Shown here piece after piece: positions 34,036-48,349 of a stretch of DNA of 64,000 nt. The stretch covers positions 302,600 to 366,599 of the forward strand of contig QPGO01000001.1 in the NCBI GenBank assembly GCA_008632985.1, read 5' to 3'. Numbering within the stretch: the stretch's first letter is position 1; each line of letters opens with the position of its first letter. Position numbers and translations under genes: made by a program. The notes beneath the pieces are model-generated. The model was not told the DNA's origin, ran no database searches, and saw only the letters and a list, made by a program, of their open reading frames with translations. Source of the DNA: Psammoneis japonica. Taxonomy: Eukaryota.

Positions 34036-36743
34036 TTTGAAAGAACAAAAAAGAAAAGCACTGGCCATGTGTCCACCACCAAAAGCCAGCTCTGTTCTCC
34101 ATGCCAATGTGGCCCTCCTCATTTTCACTCCCACTGGCCATCCACACTCTTGCACTTGAGCCTCAGTTGGCTGGTGCACTCCATGAAAGACATGATGCCA
34201 TGCTGTGCCACATGTTTGTTGTGAAGAACTTGAAAAAATCACACCACATGGAACAAATGTGGCAGAGCTTAAAAACTCACCATGCTGCAACATTCTGGAA
34301 ATGATGTTGATTGCTTGGGGAGCACAGCAGCTGGTCAACTGTTGCACCACCACCATGCAAAGCTTGAACAAACCACACCATGTTGCATGAAAAAGATGTG
34401 GCACGGTCTGTGTGCCACATTGCAGCACAACACAGCCAGGGTGAGAAAAGGACTGCAGAACTCTGAAAACAATGGGTCAATTGTTGTCACTGCACACAGC
34501 TGGCCAGGAGTTGCACTGCCACATGTCACAGCCAAAGACTTGCATTTTTCAGGTCAAGAAAACAAGACAGCATGATGACAGTGAGTTGACTGGGCTTGAT
34601 GTGGGGGGTCAAAAAATCATGCAAGTGCAGCAAAGCTCAAAGTGGACAGCAACCAGAGTTCACAGCAGATGTTGAAACACTGCCAGCAGGAGACACAGCA
34701 GAGCTCATTTCACAACATGGCAGTTGGGCAGAAGAGAAATCACACAGCACATGGGGGGGGGGGCAGTGCTCTGACTCCATCTTGATCAATGGTCAGCACA
34801 GGAAGCCACCAAAGAGCTCCAACATGCATCCACTCTACAAAGAGGTCTTGCATTTTTTCAAACTCTGGTGGAGTGGCAGATGCAGTTGGTGAGCTTGAAA
34901 CAGCACCAATTTTTTGCCAATGACAGCAACTGTGTTGGCAACAACAGATTGACTTGGCTGCCGGCGCCTCTTGCCTTGTTGTTTGATGTTGACCTTCTTC
35001 CTCAAGAATCTTTTGTGACTGCCTTGCATGTTTCTCCAAATGTTTCTTCAGCTGTTGCTGAAACAGGGGGCCTCTCTGTTTGACTCTCTTAGACCACACA
35101 CTTTGATCTTCAAGATTGTAGAACAAGGTGATGGGTCAGTCATCCAGGAAGATGTTGCTGCCATGTTGGGAAGATGCTTGCAAGAACAGAGGGAGGGCCC
35201 TCGTCTTGCCAAGCCAAAGCTTGTGGAATTTTGCTGATTGCTTGTTTTGCTCTTTGCCTCATGGAGTCTGTGAATGGGCACTTCCTCTTGGGGTGCACTT
35301 GTGCGCCCCCCTGCCTGCATCAGCCAGACTTTGAGTTTTCCAGCAAAGCAGGTGCGGATTTTCAGCATCATCATCACATCTCCAACACCTTGTCACAACC
35401 CAGTTGGGACATGGTGAATGCCATTTTTTACAATCTCCATGATTTTGGAGCATTTGCAGGGGTGTGCACTTGGTTGCTGCCTCTCAGGAGTCTGCAGAAG
35501 GCTGGAGACAGATTTTTAGTCACACACACAGATTTTTGCGCTTTTGAAACAAAGTGCAGAAGAGTTTCACAAGTGTGGTTGCTGGTCAAGACATGCAGAT
35601 GCTCCACTTGATGCCAAGCACAGAGGTGACTGGGTGACCCTGATCTGCTTTTTCATTTGAAAAGAGCGGGGGGTGCTGCTGCGAGACAGCAGCCACGACA
35701 ACAAAGCTTCACACTGGCAGGAGACAACAAAAGGAGGAGGCTTGGCATTCTGTGAGTCATTGCATGGCTGAAGCTGAGCTGATGGCAATTTACACTGGTC
35801 AAGATGAGCACCCCACTTGGGGTTGAGCTCATCTTCTTAACTTGTCAGAAGCTCGTCTTTCTTGCTGGGCCTCGACACCCCCCATGACGACTGTGTGCCA
35901 ACACCCAAGTCCAGCTCATGAAGGAGGCCAAGAAGTTTACACAGCAAAGTGTTCACACTTTTGCAAGTTATTTTGGCCAGGTGCCACTGGGTGCTGCACT
36001 TTTGTGGTGTGCAACCTGCTGCCAGTGTTGCGGGGTGGGGTGCAGTGCAGCGATGTGTGGTGCTGCAGACAGTGGCTGGTCATTTTTGCTCTCTCTGTGT
36101 TCATGGGCTTCACAATGCCCAGTTTTCAGAGCACCAAAAATGTTCTAAAGATGACAAATGATGACCCAAACCCACCACGTGTGGGCAAACTCCCGTTCAA
36201 ACCGGTGGGGGGCAACTCGAAAAGTTTTGCTCTAGCTGGCTGGAGGCAAACTGTTCGTTCGTGCGTTCAACAACAATGAGACAGTCTGTGCGCGCGCCCA
36301 CAGCAGCGAGCTGCTGCAGTTTTGCGCTGATACGTTGCCAGCGGTACAGTTTCTACGCAATGCCGGTTCCATTAAAGGATGTTGAAGTTATCATACAACT
36401 TCTCCGGCGATTGACGGAACTTTTCAAACCTTGCTGACACGCACGCACAACAACGGACACCACAATAAATACTGTGGCCTACCGTATGTAGGACCATACC
36501 GTAGCGCGACACTGTCGATCTCACAATTCTGCACAGTACGATGTGGTCGTGAAAGTTTGGGGAAATAACAACTCCAGTTCTGGTCGAAATAAGCATCGGA
36601 TGGTTGACACCATCGCATTGTGCTTCCATATTGTTGGATCACAAACTATCTACTTGGTTCTCGAACCGGGAAAACGCCTTAGGGACGCATACCTTCAAAC
36701 CTCCTGTGGTGGGTGAGCATTGAAAAATAATAAAGGCAACAGA

Positions 36744-38116
36744 ATGCCGCCCACACTGGAACAGCTCCGACTGTTGCAGATCCTACAGATTCCTTCAGCA
36801 ATCTTATCGATCGTTGGATCGGCCACGATCATTGGAATCATCCTTCGAAAACGGAGGAAAAGGTTGAAGCAGACATACTATCGCATCATGCTGGGTCTTA
36901 GTGTCTCCGATGTGATATTGTCCAGTTCCATCGCCCTTTCATCTGTACCGGCTCCTCGGGGCATGGGCATGCTTGGGCTTGGGGCTGCCTTTGCACGTGG
37001 AACGATACAGACGTGTACGGCTCAGGGCTTTCTCGTTGTCTTTGGGTCAACAGGGGTAGTCTTCTACACTAGCTCGTTGGCGATTTACTATCTCCTTGTC
37101 GTTGTGCTAGGAAAGTCCCGACGATGGATTGCAACTCGTGCTGAGCGATATCTCCACGCCGTTCCCATTACAGTTGCTCTTGTTTTGGCGATTATTAATT
37201 TGCCCTTGGAAATGTACAATTTTTCAGGCAGCACATGTTGGGTGAATTTGGCTCCACTTGGATGTAGCGACAATCCGAATTTCCCGTGTCAACGTGGCCG
37301 CATCGCGGGAGTCTTAGAGGTCTATGTTTACCGGTGGATAGTTTTTGGCTGGCAAATACTTTTGGCCTTGACCATTACTACAGTTTGTATGCTTGTCATT
37401 TGGTGGCACGTCTGGAAAACAGAAAAGCGTATGAGAAACCGCTACGACTTTGAATTCAAGTCGCGGCATCTCGCTTCTGTAACTATGGATACGACCCAAC
37501 GTACGGGAGATTCTCAACAAGATAATTTCCAGCAAAAAAGAGAACGAGCAAAGATGAGCCGTACGCGACAAGTGGCCATACAAGCACTCCTCTACATTAG
37601 TGCACTGATTATTTGTTGGATCTGGCGATATATTTTCGCCATACAGTTGACGAGGAAGGGAGAGGTTGACTTTCCACGTAAGTTTCATTGAGAAGGAGCA
37701 AGATCCTATTTCGTACTTCTTTTAACACATCTCGTTTGTGCCCCGCAGTCCTTGCAATTGAAAGAATCCTGCAGCCTTTGCAGGGATTCTTCAACTTGGT
37801 GATTTTCCTACGTGTCTACAACAAGAATCGAGGGAATCAACCCGAAGCCGCTTCTCAATCACTCAATCCACACAGCAGCCACGTCAATTCTCTCGCTTTC
37901 CAAATAAATCGATCTCGGCACCGTTTGTCGTTATCAATTACAAGTCACACCAATGTAAGCAAGACCAACGAAAGTAATGAGACGTCGGCTTGTCCGACAG
38001 AGAAGTTGGAGGAAGACTTGGCTTCAGACGGTGCTGAAGAGGACGATGGTTCCACTGGAAGTGAAGATGTTGAAGTTGGAGGAGCACAAGGGGACGAGAC
38101 GACATCTCCAGTTTGA
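36744..38116 (+). CDS. 7-TM GPCR-like protein (cAMP-receptor/Git3-like)
   Basis: Multiple TM helices; RIMLGLSVSD, TCTAQGF, QALLY, PLQGFFN motifs; intron 37678-37748. Confidence 0.85.
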
Positions 38117-38648
38117 TTGCCCGTTCGCACTGGCGCTTGGTACTGGCGATAGAGTGATTTTTGCTTGCATGTTGCATACTTGTACATAGTTTTGATGTTT
38201 TTTAGTCGACAGAGAGTGCTTTGTTTGGCGCCTCTACATTGCGCTGCATATTAGATTAGAGCGTAATCGCGTCTGGTGCCCAGACCTCATGAAACTCGAC
38301 AGGAGCTGCAGATGACACCCGAGACGGGATCGAGAAAATGCATTCATTTACATGCCGCGACGACAGATTCGAGAAGCCGATCTTCAACGCGAGGTTGTAC
38401 GCGATAGTATGTCCTAAACGTTGGTGCAAGCGAGAAACATTGCGCCTACCGGTATCGAGCTTCGGCATAGTACCCTCGCTGGGACTTGGAAGGTTGAATG
38501 CGTGCAGTATGAGTTTCATGGCAGAATATTTGTTGAAGGAAGAAGAATGTGCCATCGTCTTACGGAATGAAAATTGGGCCCATTGCCCAAATAGGCATTG
38601 AAGGACAAAAAAGCGCCAGAGAAAGATTCAATGGAACTAATGATCGAG

Positions 38649-39325
38649 TTACTTATATACGCATTGCACATCACGAATATCTCCCTCTTGTGACATGCGG
38701 CTGTGTTTTTCATCGGCTTTCAGGTACGAATCAAAGAAATCTGCCGCCACCTCTGTAGATCTCGAGGTGCTCCAACCTTGACTTCTTGTTTGAACAACGG
38801 CATCAGGAATAGCACCCGGTGGATTCTGAATGCTGGTAATGCCAAAGTGATTGACGCCGTCAAGTAAAATCAATTCTTTTGGGTCCTCCAGTAGCTGCCA
38901 TTCGTGACATACGTCTTCCATGGGTTCGTCCAAACTTCCCTGGATACCAGCCACAGGCGCCGCACTGGTATCCGAAACTACAGCAGGATGATCCGGATCA
39001 AAAGCGCCGAATACTCCAAACACTGCAGCTGCCTTGAGTTGAGGTGGCCGGGGATAAGATGGTCCTAAACACAACGGGGGTGAGTTGGATCATCATTCAT
39101 TGCTGTCACACTCTCCAATGCATCGTTGACTGTAAACTGAGATCCAAACAGTTGCGGGGGCTGTCCAGGAATAAGCGATTCATAATGGATGGGAACCACC
39201 ACAACATACTGTTTTGCGGCAAGCTTGGAAGCAAACTTGCTGTAGAGGCTTTCATCAACGAGTCCACCTTGTAGCACAACGACTGTTGGAAAGCTTTTGG
39301 GCACTCTTTTTCGTTCTTCTCTCAA
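38649..39325 (-). pseudogene. Chlorophyllase-like alpha/beta hydrolase, internally deleted
   Basis: FPTVVVLQGG..YS.FA..LA...YVVVVP and LDGVNHFGIT lie in two frames joined near 39070; no GxSxG nucleophile motif visible. Confidence 0.6.
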
Positions 39326-40065
39326 TGAACTTCCGCTTATGTGTCTTGCTCCTGCTCGTCTTACTCAGCTTTGCCTTGCTTTTACGAGTCTTGCTCCTGC
39401 TCGTCTTGCTCTACTCCTCTTTATATTGCTCGTTTTTTCGTTTTCGTTTGCCCTTGTTTTGCTATTCCACCTACTCGTCTTCTCAATCGTGGATAGAAAA
39501 TCAAGTCTTGCATCATGACTGAGAAACGTCACCAAATATATGGTATAAAGAGAACATAAAAGTCCTAAGCAATATGTTTTTTCGTGTCGGGTCCTTTGGG
39601 CTTCGTGCGTTGGTGGCGGATGTTGAGCAAGACAACAGCGAACTGCGGTGAAGAAGAATCACTCATCTCTTCACCATGACGGCATGCATCGAAAAGAAGA
39701 ATACCGACAAAGCAAAAGAGCAGAACATAGCCTTTGGTGATGACTTTGTAAAAGGGAAACGAAGGGAAAGGAGTTGGACTGCTACCGGTAGTTGTTGGAG
39801 GAAAAGAATCGTGATTCGTGATTGGAATGACGTGAATCAGCCAATTAGAATCAGGAGACTTGCGTATCCTATTGTCAGAATCCGCAGGTTGATCGCAATC
39901 GATCGTGAGAAAAAATGATGAGGGAGTCATCAATCCTTTGTGGAGCAGCACAACTATGAGTGAATCAAACAAGCCATCTTCATCCAAGAACATCATGAAG
40001 GACGATGACGACGTGATGTGTGATCGCCGTGGGAACAGACGAAAGCAAGAAGAAAAAGAGAAAGA

Positions 40066-42542
40066 ATGAGAGAAGTGCTCGAGCAAGCACATTCAAATGA
40101 TCATCTTTCACCATCTACAAACGAAAAGTCTCTTTCTTGGGGTTTTGATTGGGTTGATCTCAAAGAAGAAGAAAAGGTCGAGGAGCAGGCCGACTCAAAC
40201 ATTTTAGAGGCTGTGATGGCTGGAGCGTTTGCGGTTAATCAAGAAGGGGAGGTACCACGAGCCGGACTCCACGACACTGCTACTGCGATATCCGAGCTTG
40301 AGACTGTGCATTCAGATCCGGCAACAACGCCTCGTGATGACAGAACCTTGCTTGTAGAAGCCCGACTTGCCCGACCCGACAATGAAGAATTAGTGGCCCG
40401 TCTCCAAGAAGAGAATATGCTCCTACGACAATCGGTTCCTCTTGCTCAAGCCGAAGTTGCGCAAGTCGCTACTGAAGAATCAGTTGAAGAGCACGAAGAT
40501 TACAATGCCGAGACTGAGATTGAACATCAGAGAAAACGCCGTCGCAAACGCTTTGTTGTTCTTGGAGTTGCGATTTTGGTCGTTGGTGGGATTATTGGTG
40601 TGGTTATGGGAATATCAACTGGCGGTGGCAGCCGTGGTGGCGACTCTCCTACAAGTTCCAAAGAAGCAAATGGATTGGTCATGATTTTGTTTGGCGTGGC
40701 TTCAGAGTTTACTCCAGAAGACTCTGATTTGTGGACGACCACAACTGAGGAATATATTGAGGATTATTATGACAGGGGTCGTCTTCGTCTCCTTCTCTAC
40801 CATCGGTATTTGCAAGCTTCGACTTTACATAACCTCAAGACAACCCTGAAGGTATTAGATACCAATGTCATTCGAGGTGACGTCATTGATAATGGTACCA
40901 ATTCTTCCTTGCAAGTCATTTATAACCAATCCATCACGTATACTCCCGAAGGCAACAACGACTTTTCAGTTGAAAGCTTGGTGGCAGAGCCATTCAGGTC
41001 ATCCTCCAGCAGATTGGCCTACGCGACAGATCTTAAGGATGCAGGTATGGCTGAAGGAAATGGCATCTTTGATACCTTGGTTGGTGTTAGCGAAGTTGTA
41101 GCTATGGCAACAATTCCTACGCCGTCACCCACGAGAAGTGTGCCTTCAACTGACTCACCAACGCTATTCGATCCGGCCTCACCACCTCCAACGTCAGAAC
41201 AAATGGTCCTCAATCCAACTGTTTTTCCCGCTAAAATTCCCACTCGTCGTCCAGCAATGGATCCCACGCCACGTCCGACTTCCCCACCGTCTCGAGCGCC
41301 TTCTGGTTTGCTGCCAAACGGTCCGTGGCAGCCAGTCGGACAAGTTTTACACGGCAAAGCAGAACGTGATTATTTTGGCGAATCCATTGCCTTATCTCGC
41401 GACGGAACCGTCATGGGAGTTGGAGCAGCGCCATCCGGATCTTCCAAACCTGACTATGTGTTGATGTATAGATACAATCAAGTTACTCAAAGATGGACAC
41501 GCATGGGACAAGATTTGGTAGGAACGTCCGTGTCGTTGAATGGGGATGGCACGATACTGTCACTGGGAGTAGATGCAGACATACTGTCGTTGGGAGAAAA
41601 TGCAAACATTGTTGAACGAACTGCCGCTGGAAAAGCTCGAGTTTTTGAATATAGTAGCACCACAGATCGATGGGTTCAACTCGGCAGCGACATTATTGGA
41701 GAAGCATCTTACGCTTATTTTGGTCGGGCCGTGTCTCTCTCGGAGGCAGGCGACATTCTTGCTGTGGGTGCGTGGAATGATGAGAAAGACGGCTACTCAA
41801 CTGGATCGGATGGCAACCGTAAGGGATCCGTTCAAGTGTTTCAGTACAACCGCAGCACTTCGTCTTGGGAGCAACTTGGGCAAAAACTGTTTGGTCGTGC
41901 TGCGAATGATCAATTTGGAGTGGCGGTTTCATTGAACCGCTTAGGAACCATTCTCGGTGTTGGTGCGGATCGGCATGATTCTGGCGGACTCGATGCCGGT
42001 CAGGTATCTATGTATGAATACAATTCTGCGTCACGTCGATGGGATCCTTTGGGTGATTCAGTACCTGGGCAATTCGATCATGGTCGGTTCGGGCGATCGC
42101 TGGCTCTTGACGACACGGGATTGATCATGGCGGCGGGTACCCCAGAGGGTAACTACAGGAGGGCTCAAGTTTATGCTTACAACCGTGCGTCCACAACCTG
42201 GCAGCAGCGTGGTCAAACGCTAGTTTCGCAACAGCCAGGTGATTTCTACGGTTGGTCTCTGTCTTTGAGTGGAAATGGAAATGTTTTTGTTGTTGCAATG
42301 TCTCGTCAACACGTCCATGATCTGACGGAGGCAGGTCAAGTTGGAATCTTCCAATACGATAGCAACATAAATGAATGGAAGCAAGTTGGCGAACGATTAA
42401 CAGGCGATGCCAAGGGGGATTGGTTTGGATCGTCCGTGACCATTTGGCAGACGGAAACGTCGTTGGAGTTGGAGCGATTCATACTGATGTGATTAGTGAT
42501 GATTCTGGATCCGCATATGTTTTCACATTGAACAAGAAGTAG
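40066..42542 (+). CDS. Single-TM protein with extracellular FG-GAP-like beta-propeller repeats, paralogue A
   Basis: 808-aa ORF; RKRRRKR then TM; Pro/Thr stalk; repeated FG.SV.LS..G..LAVGA; C-terminal frameshift near 42445; start uncertain. Confidence 0.85.
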
Positions 42543-42829
42543 ACTCACTGCCTATCTATTTCGGATATTCTGTATCCTTGACAGCATCGGCAGGAATGCG
42601 GCTGTAGAAAGCTTTTACCCATTTCAGCACTTTAGCTTTAATTTCGGATCAGCACACTTATTCTCAGCAACCAATTGAGGTTTTTACTTTTATGTTATCA
42701 TTTTGTATCTTTCGTATTGGCAAGTGGCATAGATCTTCTCCGCTTTGCTGTTGCTTAAGAGCTACAGCCGCTGCAATAGCTCGATAGCTTAGGAAACACA
42801 AAGCTAACGACATTCTGGAACCTGCGTTT

Positions 42830-45240
42830 AAACACACAACATTGTCACATTGGTCGTCAATGACAACAACTTCCGTTGCAGGCCAGCATCCTGACCTTTG
42901 GGTCTGGAGCTCCAGCTCCACAAGTGGGCCTCTGCTGCCATCAGCGTCTTTGTCACAATTGATGAGTCCACAAGCACTGCAGACAAAACTGAGCGCACAC
43001 CACATTGGGAACCTGAGCACTTCTTAACCCCACAGAGAAGTGATGGCATGCAACTTTGAGAAAAGGCACAAGCTCAGTGCAACACAGCTCAAATGATTGA
43101 AAAAGTGAGCTTCATTTTGGGGGCACTCAACAATTTTCCAGAACTTGTGGCCCAGAAAAGCTGCACTGCTGCGCCCACATTGTCAGATGGGCAACATCAG
43201 TGGGTGTGTCTTCAAGTGAATGTTGTCATTTCACAAAAAAACTCTGTTTTGGTGGGAAATGATTGCTTGGGGTGCCCAGCACCAAAGTTGACCTGCTCAA
43301 AAGACTGAGAGTGTTCAATTTTCAGCTTGGCACATGCTTGCACAAACAGCACCAACTGGTGCAGTTGGCAGAGAAGGCATCAAAAGAAATTGACAGGTGC
43401 AACAAAGCCACAGCAGCTTGCAGGAGAGCAGCACAGCTCTGCACATCATGAAACATTTTTCTGCTGGTGTCAACAGTGGCATGCTGAAAGAGCTTTGTTG
43501 CACCATTCTTGGGTGGCAGATTTGCCTGGATTGTGTTGTTCAAAAGTGCTGCCAAAAACCTGTGATGATGCCCCCTGCATTTGTGTTGGAATGATGCTGC
43601 TGTCACTGAGAAAAAAAATTTCCTTGTTGTGGTTGAGTTTGGTGCACATGACAACACTTGGGTGCCCACCTTGCTGCCCCACATTTTTGGGTTGAGCTGG
43701 CTGAGAAAGAGCAAGCTTCAAGAAAGAGACAGACATTCCCTTGTCTTGCCTCTGTCAGTTTGGGCTTCTTGAATCCCGGGCACAGTGCTCCACACATCAG
43801 CACCATGTGTCTCCACCAGAGCTCAGTTGCTGTGTGGCGCCAGTCAAAGTTGCTCATTTTGCACCAGGCCACCACTGCAGACCACTTTTTTGCTGCATCT
43901 TGTCTGCGGGTGCCACACTTCAGCAAGAGAGACTGAGCATCATGATGCTCAAACTGCCATCTGCTGACAAATGTGTGGCAACTTGACTTCAACTGCCCTT
44001 TGCAGCCCCCCCTTCTCTTTCTTGTTTTCAGCTTCAAATTGACACTGCCAAGTTGAAAGGCAATCACCCACCTGTGGAGATGTGCTGAGCTTCAAATGTG
44101 GAGACAGCACCACCCTTCACTTTTTGCTGAGTTTTGATCATCACCAGGCAATGGAGCATCGTCAGCACAGCAAGTGCCTCAGCATGTGATTGTGTTTGCT
44201 GGTGGCACTGGCGTCAGTCATAGCACCTTGCCATTTTTTGACTTTGCTTGTGGACTTTTGTTGAGCAAAACTTGGGGGCACACCCAGCAACAAATCTTGC
44301 CTTTCACGCCTGACATTGGCAAGGCATGGTGGGAAGTGTTTCTCCTCATTTTGCTCCCCCCCCCCCCCCTTGCTGTCATTTTTGCATGAGGTCACCAGGA
44401 GCAAACTCCCAGGTGGGAAGAGTTGTGCCAAGTGCTGCTGCTCTCACCCCATGCACAGCCTGGTGCATCACACAGACTCCCACTTTCATCAATGACAGTG
44501 GTTGTTGCTGTTGTTGCACGACCACCCATTTTTGCACACTCTGCCACAACATTTTCCACATTTCCCTTTGAGCTGTTGTCTTCATTTTCTGCCTCTTTTT
44601 CTCAAGATGAGCTCTTGCTGTGCACAGTGCTGCCAGCTTGTTTGCATCAAAAATGGTGCTCAGCTGGGGCACCAACTGCAGCAACAGCGGGCTCTGCATG
44701 TGGCAGACTGCCAGTGTCATTTTGTGGGTTGTTTTGTGCAGCCAAAGTTGGGGTGCTGATTTTGACTTTTGCAGTGTTGTCATTGGAGCTCACAAGAGAA
44801 TTTTCTTGGGCAGACAGGTGGTGTCCCACCCAGGTTTGCTCTGACCTCACATCATTGGCTTGAGAAGTCCCGCTGCCCAGAGCCGAAACTTGTTGGCACG
44901 TTGGCGAGATTTTCATCAAGCACTGCCAAAGCAGATGTTTTCCAGAGCAGCGGGCCACTCCACAGGATCAACTGGGTCCTGACTTGGTGGCTGTCCAGCG
45001 CTGAGGAACATGGGCATGAACATCATCAGCAGATGTCTCCACACTGCCCCTGACCCCCGCGGTGGCTGTTTTTTGAGTTTGGCTGGATCTGGCGCAACAA
45101 AAAAATGATTGGGAAGAAACACACATCTGAGCAATGGTCCCGCAAACTTTGAACAAATGAAACCTCGAAATTAAAAAATCGAAATGATGCCAAGACGTTG
45201 CCAGGTGAGACCGGGTGGTGCCCATTTGGCTGTGAGTCAG
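42830..45240. other. TpA- and CpG-depleted block D
   Basis: Only about three TpA seen by eye (43025, 44221, 45171). Confidence 0.85.
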
Positions 45241-45632
45241 GATGTAAACACCACCTCCTGTTTTTTAGGGCAACGCTCGCGCACTCTTATTTTGCTGCAG
45301 TGCGATGCAGTCCGCAGTCCGCAGTGCAAAATAAACTTACTGTAATGTGCCTCTTGAGACGCACGAAACCTTTTCAATTGCGTGTCACAGCAGTGACGTC
45401 TCGGCGCACACGTCTTAGAGCCAATTGGAGATTGAGTTTATGACAACAACACGTAAAAAGCTAAGGCGTGGGTGTGTCTGCTGTATCCGCGGATCAAATC
45501 AATCGTGGGCGAGCAGAAATGCAAATAAAGAGAAATCCGTGATGACTTTGCGTGAAGCACAACTCAAGTGTAGCACAACTCAAGTGTAGCCTTTAAGACC
45601 GGCATTGTCGGTATATCGTGCCGAGATTCTTC

Positions 45633-47864
45633 ATGAGTCGCACAAACAAATTTTTGGCCGTGATGAGAAAGAAGACTACTAGTAGGAACAGTACGAGTGA
45701 TCAAGAAGAAGAAAGAGTGGTAAGAGATGAACAACCACGACCCGTACCATCTCCAAATCAAGCATCTTCTTCAAGGATGCACTCGAGCGACCCGAGTCTG
45801 ATTCAGAGTGCAGCTGAAGAACGCAGCCAACAGTCCTCCCCAAACACGAACTCTGAAGGAGTCGTCCCTGGCGCTTTTGCACGAAACCGTCACGGAGAAG
45901 TTCAACGTCGACGGAATGCTGAAGATAATTCCACTTTATCTCAAACTGTAGAGTCTAGCTCAGACCCGGGGCCTCATGGCGATAACACCTGGCTCGTGGA
46001 AGCTCATCTAGTACCCCAGTCCACAAACAATACTGACGCTCCGGTTGCTCATGTGATTGCAACGGAACATGACAACGAGCAATGGAAGCGCCTTCGTAAA
46101 CGCCTAATTGTTCTTGGAATTGTGGTTGCGGCTGTTGCTGTGGTTGCATCAGTTTCGCTTGCAGTAGCTTCAGGCGGCAAGGGCAGTACCGACGTATTGG
46201 TACAGACCAAACAAGCAACAGGATTGATTATGACGTTGCTTGGGGTGACTACAGATTTTGATGACGAAGACACGAAGCTGTGGGCCAATGCAACCAAAAC
46301 CTATTTCGAGGACTTTTACAACACGAGACGTCGTCGTCGCCTTTTACGACGTACATTGCAAGCATCAATTGTTCAAGATGTTGAAACAAACTTGGAGTTC
46401 TTAGAAACTGCTGTTGTTCAAGGTGGTGCTGACTTTGGTGTCGACTCCTACTTGCGAGTAATTTACAACCAAGCAGTCACGTATAGAGTCGAAAGCAGCA
46501 GCGACGACATCTCAACTGAGATCTTGGTGACTGAACCCTTCAAAACTTCTCAAAGCAGGTCCGCTTATGCTGAAGACCTCAAGGCAGCTGGTGCAGCTGC
46601 GGGTACTGATGTCTTTGACAAGTTGGTCGCAGTCCGCAGCGCAGTGACTACGAAATCACCTAGTGAGCCGAGGCAACCCGTCGGTCAAGTCTTGAATGGG
46701 AGTGATGCGGAGGACTATTTCGGCCGATCCATCTCACTTTCGCGCGATGGTAGTGTTATGGCAGTCGGAGCAACGCAAGATAAATCTCCCGAAGGTGGTT
46801 ATGTTGTTGTCCAACGATACAATCAAGCCACCCAACAGTGGATACAAATTGGCCAAGCATTGATTGGACAAGCGGGTGGTGACGAATTTGGCCAATCCGT
46901 GTCATTGAATGGTGGCGGTACAGTGCTCGCTGTTTCAGCCGACGAGAGTGACATTAAAGGCAGAACGAATACCGGTCACGTTCGAGTATTTGAGTACAAC
47001 GGTGCGTCGGACCGTTGGTTGCAACTCGGCAGAGACCTTGAAGGCCAAGAACCAAATGATAGATTTGGCTTCTCTTTGTCGCTGTCGAATGCCGGAGACA
47101 TTCTTGCTGTGGGAGCATGGAAGGATGATGATACGGAACACGGCCCTGATTCTGGTTCTGTTCAATTGTTTCAATTTGATCGTGGCACTTCATCTTGGAA
47201 CCAACTCGGGCAGACACTAATCGGCCAAGCTGCGAGGGATGAATTTGGTGTTTCTGTTTCGTTGAGTCGCTCGGGAACCATAGTTGCCGTTGGAGCATAC
47301 GAGTATATGACTGAAAGCGACTTTGGTTATGTGTCGGTTTTTGAATACAGCTCTGCATCGTCGAGTTGGGATGCATTGGGTGATCCAATCAAAGGGCAAA
47401 TCAGTGGTGGGTTGTTTGGTATTTCTGTTTCTCTTGACGATAGTGGTTTGATCATGGCTGTGGGTGCATATGGAGACAAAGAGAGGGTCTTGGTTTATGA
47501 CCTTGACCGGGTCACTTCAACATGGAATCCACGTGGTCAAACTCTCTTGACGCAACAGGGTGGCGACAATTTTGGTTCCTCAGTGTCGTTAAGTGGCAAT
47601 GGAAATACGTTGGCTGTCGGGAGTGACTTTCATGACGCCAATGGGTTAAATGATTCCGGTCAAGTTAGTATCTTTGAATACGACACTGACACTAACAGGT
47701 GGGATCAGCTGTATGATCCTTTGAATGGTGAAGCCGGAGGGGATCATTTTGGATATTCCGTAGCCCTATCGACAGACGGAAGATTCGTTGGAGTTGGGGC
47801 CGTTCGACGTCACGCGAATGGCGATAATTCTGGATCCGCTTATGTTTTCACAGTGAACCAGTAG
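45633..47864 (+). CDS. FG-GAP-like repeat membrane protein, paralogue B
   Basis: Intact ORF colinear with paralogue A (GAFA, LVEA, TM, propeller repeats). Confidence 0.9.
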   Translation: MSRTNKFLAVMRKKTTSRNSTSDQEEERVVRDEQPRPVPSPNQASSSRMHSSDPSLIQSAAEERSQQSSPNTNSEGVVPGAFARNRHGEVQRRRNAEDNSTLSQTVESSSDPGPHGDNTWLVEAHLVPQSTNNTDAPVAHVIATEHDNEQWKRLRKRLIVLGIVVAAVAVVASVSLAVASGGKGSTDVLVQTKQATGLIMTLLGVTTDFDDEDTKLWANATKTYFEDFYNTRRRRRLLRRTLQASIVQDVETNLEFLETAVVQGGADFGVDSYLRVIYNQAVTYRVESSSDDISTEILVTEPFKTSQSRSAYAEDLKAAGAAAGTDVFDKLVAVRSAVTTKSPSEPRQPVGQVLNGSDAEDYFGRSISLSRDGSVMAVGATQDKSPEGGYVVVQRYNQATQQWIQIGQALIGQAGGDEFGQSVSLNGGGTVLAVSADESDIKGRTNTGHVRVFEYNGASDRWLQLGRDLEGQEPNDRFGFSLSLSNAGDILAVGAWKDDDTEHGPDSGSVQLFQFDRGTSSWNQLGQTLIGQAARDEFGVSVSLSRSGTIVAVGAYEYMTESDFGYVSVFEYSSASSSWDALGDPIKGQISGGLFGISVSLDDSGLIMAVGAYGDKERVLVYDLDRVTSTWNPRGQTLLTQQGGDNFGSSVSLSGNGNTLAVGSDFHDANGLNDSGQVSIFEYDTDTNRWDQLYDPLNGEAGGDHFGYSVALSTDGRFVGVGAVRRHANGDNSGSAYVFTVNQ

Positions 47865-48349
47865 TGTTTCAAGTATGTCACTTTTCATACCACCGGCTCT
47901 TATCGCACGTGCCGAACCATTCATTGCAGCAAAATCAGACTCTAGAACGATCCTGTGCAATGCAAAAAGGCTTTCAATGCGGTGAACTGCTTTTTCCTGC
48001 TAGGTGGTCACGAGTTTCCAAGTGCATGGAGCACCACACGCATTCCTTGACGCATCTTGCGGCGCTGTTGTATGAGAGAGTAGGACGCCAGAGTCAGTGT
48101 TCCGCCTACTGTAAACAACAAGGCCAGGAAAGAAGCAATTGAAGCTTTCGAAATTATTGAAAACATGCACACTATATTTTTAATAGCCGGACTTGCTTTC
48201 GTTTTTTCTCTTCGATGCATTTGGAAGGGGGGTGGAAATGGGGTTCCCAAATGTGTAAATCTTGTTGACGCAGGGTCTAATCTCTTGCAACTGACCATGT
48301 TTTTCTGCCGAGAGCACAGGCAGTTTTCCACCTCGTCTTCAATGTTAAT

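Larger units (their letters stand above)
32380..36300. other. TpA- and CpG-depleted block C, containing decayed host-gene copies
   Basis: TpA nearly absent from about 32770 on, partial depletion 32380-32770. Confidence 0.85.

Noticed and set aside
43021..43035. TTAACCCC as a piggyBac end, and other candidate TIRs at block edges
   Set aside because: No matching inverted partner found
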